From positions 15,066,001 through 15,130,000 of the forward strand of contig CM120640.1 in NCBI GenBank assembly GCA_051362555.1: a DNA stretch of 64,000 bases, in the 5' to 3' direction. The notes beneath the pieces are model-generated. The model was given only the letters and a program-made list of their open reading frames with translations. It ran no database searches and had not been told where the DNA came from. A program made the translations under genes and the position numbers. Source of the DNA: Lingula anatina. Its lineage: Eukaryota; Animalia; Brachiopoda. This document shows, in pieces, positions 40,128 to 51,200 of this stretch. How positions within the stretch are numbered: position 1 is the first letter of the stretch; each line of letters starts with the position of its first letter.

Positions 40128-43100
40128 TTACTTGATGGTTTCTATTGAATTCTTTAATTTGTCTATAAGGTCTGGCATAGTTAACATCTCTGAAGAGTTG
40201 GAGTAAAGTGACTGCAGTTCAAAGAGAGGCTCTTCTTCCAGTGCCTAAGATAAAAAGCAATAAAAACAGCATATTATATCTTATGTTAATCAGTACATAC
40301 ATTTAACACAAAGAATTAATAGTATTCTCCAAAACTATGTTTTATTTGTAATCAACAAAAATTTTGACACAAGTTCTGAAAAGTGAGAGGACATGATGTC
40401 AGAGAGTACAAGTTGGTAAGTAACAGAAAATGACAAATCCTTAAAAAGAAAAAGACTGAAATGAAGGGGGGGGGGGGCATTTGAAAGGTTCAAGTTATTG
40501 CACATATTTGGAAAAAAAAAAGAACTTACATGTACAGCAATATTACAGATGATCCCTTCTGCTTCACATCTTATTAAAAAAAGCCTAACTACAAACAAAT
40601 CTCATCATTCTAAGGTAAAAATATGTAATGATAAACCCCTTACCTTTTTACCAAGCACTATGGCATAAGGAAACCCAATCCTCCGCATATTTTTTAAGCG
40701 TTTTCCTATTGATAGTTGTATTTTGTCGTGCAAAACTATCTCCCCCCTTAGGTGTGGTATAGAATTCAGCTGGTCATAGAGCTGTTCTGCAAGGGCCCAA
40801 GTTACATCTGCCTTGTATCCTGCCTGAAAAGATGAATTAGTCCTGGTCAAACACCACTAATTAATTTTGATAGTCTGACCACTGTATGAGCTCTAATGAT
40901 GCTGTAGTAATAAGTTGTTTGTGAGAAGGTGACCATGTCTTATGCTGAGAACATTCTTCATTCACCATTCCACAGATAATGACGAGCAACTGAACCAATT
41001 GCACTGAGAACTGTTACATCTGGAGAAAGTGGGTGACCAAAACTCCTTTTGTGTCTCACTTTGCTGCCGGTGCATCACAAAGGCTGGTGAAAGCAGTTTT
41101 GCAGCCACTGCACCAAAATAGACCTGGGCTCCGTATCTCGAAAGGTTTGCTATGTTGCGCATGTGCGCAAGTGTCTGGATTCCATAACCAATTCTTTTTC
41201 GAGATACGGGGCCATGGAATCAAGACGCTTGCGCACGTGCGCAACATAGCAAACCTTTTGATATACGGAGCCCTGGTCTTTGCAAATAGACAGATTTAGC
41301 TTACCACCAAACACATCAATGAGCTCTGGAAATCAATGCCCAAGTACTTATGTTGGCAGTCAAACCTGGCTGTATAAAACATATGCATCAACTCTTTTTT
41401 TTTCTTTCAGAAACACTTGATGAAATACTTACTTTCTGAGGTATAATGCACACTTGATATGGAGCGATAAGCTTTGGCCACACTACTTGGATATCTGATG
41501 AGAGATGTTCTATGGATGCTTGTAGAATTCTGCTGACTCCTAGGCCAAAACAGCCCATCTCTACCAGGCTGAAAGAAAAGCCAGATGGCATCACTTGCAG
41601 GCCATTAGGCAGGTGAATTCAGGGAGGTTTGAAGAATTACCCTTTTGGCTGGGAAAAGGGTATGCTTTGACTTAAATGCAGAGCATACAATAAGAACTGA
41701 CAAATTCCAGTGGTTGATTTTTTTTTCAGAGGAAAGAACCAAAGCCTGCAAGCTTTAAGTGCAACACAAATGTTTGATATTCATGCCTCACCAGGTGACA
41801 AAACTGCAAAACCCGAGTCAACAGTTACTTGTCAGAAGACTGTTACATGATGACTTGCCAATCAGATTGATGAAACCGCATTTGAAACCTTAATTTGGCA
41901 GCAAGCCAATAAAATTGCTCTTCCAGTCTCCAATGATTACCTCTTGGTTCAGATGACAAATTTGGAATGCAATAGGTGATAGGTTATGTAGAATTATAAA
42001 CTGAGTGGCAGTACTTTCTGATTTTAACCGGTGGCATGAGTTTAGAAATGACTGCTGAACAATGAGAATCAGAAAACCCACAAGAGAAGTTCGTTTGTTC
42101 ACCTACTAGCAACATGCAGTCAGTAACTAATTCTGTCCACTGGGACACTTTGCATGATATGTACTGGTATACCAGTGAACTGTTATTTATTTATCTTCTC
42201 TCTCTAAAATTGGTTGCAATTGTAGAATTACAGTTGTGAAACATTTAGTATTCAACACATGAACTATTCAACTTATTTTGTCCTATACTTACTGTTTCTG
42301 ACCTTCAACATAATTATAGTGGAGATTGAAAGGCTCAGAATATTTTGTTCCTAACAAAAATGTGTGTCCAACCTTAAAATAAAAAGTAACCCATGAATAA
42401 AGCAGAAGAGCCATAAACTTTTTTCCAAGAATATACTTAAAAAATAAAGCAATCTGTGAAAAAATTCACTTTTTAAATTAAACTTTCAAAAGAACCCTTG
42501 ACATGATTATTCTTTACAAAATGTAGATAAAATACATAGATTATAATATATTAAAGTACCAAAGTGAATGTTCCCTACATACAAGCATATATTTTCGGTA
42601 CTTTAGCATATAAACATACAGTAATGACTAAAATATATACATATACAGTAATGACTTGATCTTGTCAATGGGGAAAACAATCAATCTTTTAGTAAGTTAA
42701 ACATAATTTTGGAATCGATAAAAAAATACATCTGTGCAACACTTGTGGTGCTTTTACTGTATAGATTAGAAATAGAAGGTAGCCGGTTATTCAGTTTTGT
42801 TGCCCCCAAACAATGGAAATGCTCTGATTTTAATAATTTATGACTTCTAAAAAATACTTTATCTATAAAATTCACAGTTTTTCCCCACTGAAAAGAACAA
42901 ATCATTGCTGCAGTTATTAAGTTCAATTTCCAATTTTGAAACTTCAGGCCAGCCAACAGGACCATTATACTAGATGAGGGACATTTGTTTTTGTACGTTT
43001 GGTTTGTGAAACTTTACATAATATAAAAAAAAAAGAAAAGAAAACACAGACCTCTATTCCTGAGCTTGTTTTTAAATCACAACAGTCTCGATGCTTACAG

Positions 43101-46100
43101 TGATTGGTTTGCAAAACATCCTTATCTGCAAAGGAAAAGAAAATCTTGAAATAAATTCCAAAAGTATCTGTTACATTAACAGTTGAAATGAAATACTTAG
43201 TTTAAATGAGAAAACTTTTAAATTGCAATAAAGGCAACCTTATTTTAATACAATAAATTTCAAAATGTTTAGTATATTGAGACTGTTTGTGTACAGCACA
43301 AGATTTAGCGTACTGTGATTTTTCTTGTACTGTGATGTTTAATCTTTTGTAAGTTTTTTTTTTCGATTAAATCTGCAATAAAAAATTGACAATAAAAATA
43401 TTTATATGACAAGAGATTTGTTAAACTGTTGTTTACTCACCCATTACTTCTTTATTAACTCCAATCCCACACCTTAATGAAGTATAAAATAAAATGTAAG
43501 CAAAGTTATACAAATATTCATAATTTTTGGCCTCCTGTGAATGGAAAAAGGAAAACAACCTTGAGTTTTTCAGGCTAAGGTTAGCAAACAGTCTTGTCTG
43601 TTTCAATAAAATAATAAATTGCTTAAGAAAAAAATATTTCTCACATTACAATATTAAACAATACTGTCCATCAAATTTCTCTGCCAGAAAACTACATAAT
43701 ATTATTGAGTCAGATTCCTATAAAAATTGTTTGCAAATAGTCTCAATTTTTAATGATAGTAATGGGAATTGTCTGAAATACTCCAAAAGTCTTGTTACTG
43801 AGCCTAAAATCAAGAGGGTTTTGACAGGATTTGGAGGAGAGTAGAATCAGAAATAATGGCAGACTAAGCATGTGCTTAATGGTTATGAATTTAAGCTGAA
43901 AATTTTCATTAATGAATATTCCATGAATATTTTTCCTAGTTCTTTTTTCTTTTTTTTTTTGTGTGTCACTTTTGTATTGCTTCTTAAACATTCTCAGTGC
44001 ATAAAGTTTTAACTGAAGAGTTAAAGTCATAATAATTCTTCGTTTTGGCCAAAAATTGGATTTTCCTGGAGTAAACGGCAATTTTCCCGTACTCACCAAT
44101 GGTCAGCGACCCCATTCCCACATTCAAAGTTAATCCAGGGTTTTTTTCCTAAACGTACGGTTTTTTGATAAAATCTTTTAAGTGATTTTAACTGACGGAG
44201 CCCTCTCTAACATAGCATATCGAGCGGGGTTTTCTGATGACCTACTTAAAACCGCGGGAAAAGCAGACAACAACAACACTTTATTGCAATAAAATAAGAT
44301 TCATACGATATAATCGTCTTAATTGCTCATATTCACAACAGTTCTGGGCTTTTCGTTATGCGACACACTGTACAAAAACTCGCAACTTACGTCTGAGGAT
44401 TGTGTCATGCGCCTGTGTTATTTTGGTCCCGACTGCACGCGAGAATCCGCGTGATGCGCCAAAATCCTTGGCAACGAATGCCTTGATGACCGGGGAAAAA
44501 AGGCACCGAAAGCCCTATTGACAAGCACAGTTTTTAGTTTTACTACAATAACAGCCGTTTTAGTGGTGAAATGCAATATATTTCCGTGTGTTGTTTAGAA
44601 TGTATTTCTTGCGGAATTTTGAATCTCAAAGGAAGAGTTATTATTGCTTTAACCCTACCTCATGCAGATTCTAATCTCTAATGACATCAGGCAGTGCAGA
44701 CTTTTAGTCTAGCTTGGATGACATCTATTTCACGTGATTCTTGGACATGTCCCAAATCTTGCCAAACACATGGAAAAATTAATTTGAATGAAATACCTGA
44801 TTTGAAGAAGAAGATGGTAACACAGCATTTATAACACTTACTTGTTACAAATAAAGAGAGAATCTTGGCCTGCACTGGCAGGAATGTGGTACTCATGTGA
44901 TAAGGTGCCTCCAATAACACCAGTTGCCCCCTCCACTGAAGAAAAAAAAAGGAAGGAAAAACAACTACACACCTTGGCAATGCTCAAGTCCCAATGGAAA
45001 TGTTGAAGACACAAACTAGACAGCAAAGACTGCATACATTACAAATAAAGAGAGAATAAATAAATTAAATATAAATAAAATAAATTTAAAATATATATGT
45101 AAGAAAGTCTTAGTTGGATACATGATCTCATGGTTTTTATTTTGAAAACATCTGAACTTTTCATGTCAACATATTCTCTCCAGCTAATGAAAAAAATTGG
45201 AAGTGAAACAAAACTACAGTTTGGCAATTATGTTTCGAACAAATGTGTGTTGCAGGGTGATGCAGACACCTAGTATAATTTTTTAGTCTACAAATACACA
45301 CCTTTTATAAAATTTACTCCTAGTCTAGTAAAGAGTCTATTGTATGCATCACATACTGAAATGTATGTCTCTTCTGCTTTTTCTACTGACTCATCAAAGG
45401 TATACAGGTCTGAAAAACAAAAAGACTATTTAAGTCAGATATAATATGGACATACACGGAAAATTGTGAATTAATTTTATATCACAGCATATACCATTTC
45501 TCTTAAACTTTGCACGCATAGATTTATTTGAACTTTTAGAAATCATTCATTTGGCATGCTGTATATTAAACCCGCAGGACTTTACCTTTCATATCAAACT
45601 CCCTTGATCTAAGAAGACCATACTTTGGAGCCATTTCATCCCTAAATTTCCTTGTTATCTAAAATAAGAATTTAAGACTCACCTGTCAATTAATTCTTAA
45701 AATCAATTTTCACGTTTCAATTAATGTATCAATATTAACTTTTCTTATAAGAGCAAAAGAAAGAGGCTAGTTCATATCTGTTCACAATGTAATATATAAT
45801 TTAAAAAAACTGATAACAATGATAACAGCATTGCTTTATCTCTTAAAAGTTTATAACAATAAATTAAAAATCATTAAATAAAAAATCATTAAATAAAGAG
45901 GCAGATCAAATGAAACTATGACTGAAAGAAAATGAACATTTATTCAACTTAAATGTACCTGATACAACTTGAGAGGAAGGTGATTGCGCTCTAGCTTCTT
46001 CTGGCTCACAAGAAAAGTAACTGCTTCCTCATGTGTCTTGAATGGACGAGCAGCATACAAATAATTGAAGAAATTATATTAAATTGGTTAATTTAATAGA

Positions 46101-48048
46101 ATGAGACCCTATCTCCATTACTTCACCAAACAAAATGTGAGGTATGTAGTATATTTTTATGAGCTGAATTGAATATTGATTTTGGTAAGTCATCTACAAG
46201 TTAATACTCACAGGACCAAGACAAAACATCTTTTTGTGTCTGTCTGGTAGTTTCAGCAATTCAGAACCCATAGAATCCCATCTCCCTAAAACCAACAATA
46301 CCAGCTAATAAAACAAATATTTAAAAACTGCATCATTTTTATGATCGTATATAAAATAAAAAGTTACCAATTCATTGATTTCTAATTTCAACATATTAAA
46401 ATGTCTATTCTGATCATATCAAAAGTTTTAGAACAGATTTAGAACTGTTCCTTTGGAAAACAAGATTAAGCAAGAAAAATCATTCTTGACTAAAACAAAT
46501 CTTTTCCATGTCTGCTTTCCCTGGAAAATATTAGAAAAGAAACCTTTGATCATTTATCATGGGACCCAACACCCAACTGACTGGGGCTGCCTTAGAATTG
46601 AATTTAAAAACGTGAATACCGCGTTTCCACAGAAAAAGCTCATGTCTGGAATATACACACCCGTTTTTTTCCATAATTCGGCTGGGGTTAAACAAGTCAT
46701 TGTCATCTTTTGAGCACCTATGCTTTCCATTTCCTGGTCTATCAGCCTAATCAGTTTATCTAGAGCTCTCTGTGTCCAAGGCAGCATGTAGAACAATCCG
46801 GTTTGTACACCAAATATCATTCCATAGGATTTCATGAGCTGCAATACATGAATGGATCAAACTAAAATGTATACAAAGTTCATATGAAATTCAGCAATGA
46901 AAAAATCTAGCTGACTCAAGAGAAGTTTCAAAGAAAGTTACGAATACATTCTCAAAAATTTTGCAACCATGTTAAATGAATTTTTTTACAGATGTTTATA
47001 TACTTAGCATTAAAAATAGCATGGGCCAGACAATAGGAATACTTCAGGACAGGTTCTTGATATTTATATACATTTTTCACATAAAACTTATCCACATGAC
47101 TTAAAATTGTTCACAGCGATTAGCAAGTCGTTGAATATTGCAGTTACTATCATTAGTATAATAATAATAATAATAATAACAGAAAAAAGCATAATCCATA
47201 ACTGAATATAAAAGTTAGAGTTACAAAGTTTAAGTTATTTTCTGACCAGTGAATTTTTATTAATAATATTATATATAAAACATACTCTATGACTGTTGCA
47301 GGCCAGGTTCTTTTCCAAGTTTGTCTCATTTTCCTCACCCTTGTTAACATACATGTTCTCCACAGGTTGATACATTCTAGATATGCACAGACGATGGTAG
47401 AGGGTACATCTTTGAAAACTCTTGGTAGACAAGGGCTTCAAAAAGTTGGTGAGCTGTAAAAGTGATGTTGATATGAAACATGGTCAAAGAAGAAATCGAT
47501 TCTAATGAGACTAGACATGTTTTTTTTAGCTGTCAGACAAGAAATGTGTACCTTCCTCAAAGCGCATTGATCGCATGACTGAATTAAATCAGACAGGCAT
47601 CCTCTTGGCATTGAATGGAGTACAGAAAAGCTGGTGATTATACAAATACCTTGGAAACAAGAGGAATTTTGTTAATCTACTAGTATGGCCGGAGCTGTAT
47701 CACAATCACTGGGGATGAGTGTTTGCCTCAGTTTTCGGACTTACATGCAAGGTTCTTACAAGGACCCACAGTTGCCCCAGGATTTGGATATGTACAGCCG
47801 TAGAAATTTCTAACACTGGGTGTTATGATAATGAGGCCTTACCTGCGTAGAATGTAAGGCCGAAAACTTAGGTAAGACCAGTGTACATGTACGAAAGGTT
47901 TACTTTACCTGCCTTGGCTTTAGACTGCTTTACATGTTTGTCGACTTAAAATATACATATGCCAAGGGCTTTCAGTTTGGGTTTCAATACATTTGATGAT
48001 TACCTTTGAACCGATGGGGGAGTTTTGGTACATTATTTTGATTGCCAT
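40128..48048 (-). CDS. PARS2: Mitochondrial prolyl-tRNA synthetase, ~478 aa, 14 coding exons
   Basis: Exons 48004-48048 (MAIKIMYQNSPIGSK; least certain), 47286-47453, 46661-46838, 46212-46285, 45959-46036, 45586-45658, 45302-45409, 44842-44935, 43441-43472, 43052-43125, 42293-42372, 41433-41568, 40644-40823, 40128-40244; all phases join. Class IIa ProRS motifs: CLGPTHEE, motif 2 KFRDE..P.YGLLRSREF.MKDLYTFD, IGGTLSHEY, IEVGHTFLLGTKYS, motif 3 MGCFGLGVSRI, WPKLIAPY, then the anticodon-binding domain. The N-terminus is basic and transit-peptide-like. Confidence 0.95.
41127..41272. mobile_element. Foldback MITE in PARS2 intron 12 (GGCTCC...GGAGCC termini, CTG direct repeats; PIF/Harbinger-like)
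   Basis: ~60-bp arms are near-perfect reverse complements (6 mismatches over 65 nt including flanks). CTG at 41124-41126 and 41273-41275. Confidence 0.75.
44025..44648. mobile_element. Non-autonomous Kolobok-like DNA element in PARS2 intron 8
   Basis: TTAA on both sides, AG...CT termini, 17-bp TIR AGTCATAATAATTCTTC / GAAGAGTTATTATTGCT (14/17 match). The interior is CpG-rich within a CpG-depleted gene body. Confidence 0.65.
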
Positions 48049-48298
48049 GTGTATCCCTTCAGTCCAGTCTGCTACTTTCACGCTTTCTCATTTCAGACAC
48101 ACTTCAGCTTCGCACAGATGATGACGATGAAGTATGATTCGTCAAAAATCTCAATGACCTTCACATTGAAAGTGTATCTAATACATTCCTAAATAATACC
48201 TCGTTATGATGTTTGATACATCCTTTCTGATAAGTATGGTTTTAAGAGCGAAAAAGAGGCCATGCATAGAAAACAGGTTAGCAGACCAAGAAGCAATC
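48049..48298. promoter_or_regulatory. Bidirectional promoter PARS2/EIF2B2
   Basis: Divergent start codons are only 250 nt apart, and CpG density rises locally relative to the flanking gene bodies. Confidence 0.75.
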
Positions 48299-51200
48299 AT
48301 GCCGTCAGAAAGCGAAAAGATGGGAGAATTTCAAGAGAAATTAGATACTTTTATCAATGATTTGAAGCAAGGGTAAGGGCCAGAGATTACGTAGAGACAA
48401 ACAGTAAAATATAGAGGAAGTAAACAGTTGTGTAAAGGCGCAGATCTCACTTGACTGGTTGTAAATTTAAACCATCTGTCACTCGTCAGTAGAGTCAGTG
48501 TCGTTTTTGTGACAGGAATACCAGTGTAGTATTAGTAGTAGTAAACGGCTACAGGAACCGTAGTCAAGTCCCCGTCGATTTGTACAAGTGCCAGTGGCAT
48601 TCGTCCCATATACTTACCCGATATACTACCGGTTAATCCTAATCACATGGGACCCCTGGCCTAGAACTATCATTCCTGTCACACTCAACTCGCTTTACAA
48701 AACGGTCATCCTTTGAGTCTTTAAAATATTATTATTATTAAACCCTAATTTATGTGCATTTACAGCGTTCTTCAATATCTTAATTAAACACTAAAAAATG
48801 AAAATCCTGATTATCTTTTAAAGTGAAAACATTATTAGAAATGTACCAGTACTGAGTATATATTTGTACTGTACTTTTATACCTGGTACATTCCACTTTT
48901 CCACTGTTTTAGGCACATCCAAGGTTCCTATACAGTTGCACACAACACAGTTCACATATTGAGAGGCATTATTTCCAATATGAAATGGAGAAATGCAAGG
49001 TATTGTTTTTTCAAAATGAATTTTTAAATGAATTTGCATTGGCTTTATTAACTAAAGCTGCATAACTACATACTGTGTGTGTTTCAAATGCTTGAAATTT
49101 CAGTGTAAAGAAGAAATTATGAGCACCTGATTAGCTACTGAAGTTTGCCATCTACATGTATATGTAGTAAGCAAGCGTTTTGTTTTTGTTTACAGTGAAG
49201 TAATGAGCCTAATTTGTAAGGAGGGAAAGAAGATAATAGATGCGCAACCTTCTGAGTCTGCTGCGGGAAATATGGTGAGAAGAGGTAGGTTAACTGTCAA
49301 GTTGTCAAGAATGCAGGATAAGTAATGCATGCTCATTTAGCACCTACTTGAATTGATACAAATTTTAACTTAATTTTGAGCATTTGAAAGAAGATATTGT
49401 TATTATTTTTTGGGGGGTTACCATCCATATGCTTTTTGAATATAAGTGAAATTGTTGCCTTTGGTTTGTTATATTCACTGCATTTGAAATAGTTAAAAAT
49501 ATTAGTTAAAGATGTATGTATATGGTATAAGCTCTGCGGGTAACTTTTTCACATTTCTCATTACATTTTGTCTATCAGAACTGCACATTATTGGAAAGAC
49601 AATGATTTTGACAACAGACATACTCCAGTTTAGAAAATTCTTCAACATGCTCGGTACATATGAAAAGGGTACAAACAGATGTGTAATAAATAGAAAGCTA
49701 GGGACTAACATAATCCATCAAAGTTACAAATCATTAAGCAGCCAATAAATGGTAGATTTATTTCAAATTTTAGTTTTGAAGATTATAAGGGAAGAGTCTG
49801 CTAGGTAAGTTATAAATTTCATATGTAAATTTTTAAATGCTTACATGTTGATATTTGGAAATTTTTATTTTTGATTGTTGCTGCAAATTGTTTACATATG
49901 TTTTATAGATAATCGCAAAGAAAGCAAAGACATGTATGCATGCACTCTCAAAAGTGTGTTGGGTAAGTTATGGAAACCAAGTTTACATTGATTTATTAAA
50001 TTTGTATCTTTCAGTGTCAAAGGAAAACATGAAGATGGGGAAGCCCAAGAATCATTACATGTAAATACAGTTTCTATATTTTGTGACATGAATACATCAG
50101 TTATTTGATCATGTCAGTCTTTTTAAAAATCTAATTGTGTACCTTACATATGTCCGCAACAAAGAATAATTGCAAAAATGTTAATCTTAGGCAGTATTGA
50201 ATTTTTCCAACTTTCAACAGATTTTTGACTTTTGGGAGCCAAAAATATTATTTTTGAAATAGATGCAGAGGGCCACCTTGGATCCCATGCCATATTTTCA
50301 GACTTTCTCACTAAATGGCAGTCACATCCATGCATAAGATGTCTTATCTTTCAATTTTATACTTCAAACTTATGTGTAGCAGCTGCATTCTGTTTTTTAA
50401 AGTTGGTCTTGAATATATTTTGATGAATTTTCTGTTACAGAACCTCTTACTTGCAGAAGGACAAATTGATTATTCACACATTGGCTCTCATAGTTTAAAG
50501 GCAAGTGTTTAAAATCAACTTGGGTGTATTTTCGTTTTTAAACCTGTAGTTGCAATCTTTTGTAATCAATGTTTCTTTTTTTTTTTTTTTGCATTCAACA
50601 TGAGATGAAAAAACTGATATGTGCTACATAATTTAATTGCCATATAATCAGGTGCAGTATGTTATTGAAGGCTTTTAATACAGTCTTTATAGATTTGAAA
50701 GATTTAGGATAAAAATACCTGGTTTTAGGAAAAATGACTTAAAAAAGAATATGTACCTATTTTGACCCTAGTAAATCTGTAGTAGTCTAATAAAATGAAG
50801 ATGTGAGATTGTTTTATAACTAGAAAAAAAGGCTACTCTGACAGTTACTCTACAGATTTATACTTAGCTACAGATTTATACTTAATTGTGTTTAAGTTTC
50901 ATAGATAATTGCTATATAATAATTTTGGTCTGAAATATGAGACTAGCTATTGATCTGAAGTTCTGATGTAAATCTGGTTCTTGTTTTTAACTTGTTCTTT
51001 GGGTTAAAAACAGAGTCTTAACTCATCTATCTTTATTACAGGCACCTCTCATAGAGGCCATAGGGGAACTTATTACAGAACTTGAAACAAGGTAAGAAAA
51101 CTTGAAAGTAATTTTGGATTTGTAAAACCACCATCACTGTCGGATTAGCATTGGTGATCAAATATAATAATTGCTTTTGTCAAAGTTATTAAAATCTTAG

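Noticed and set aside
49869-49882. 14-nt match to the 5' part of miR-315 (TTTTGATTGTTGCT)
   Set aside because: The 3' part diverges and no precursor hairpin arm is present.
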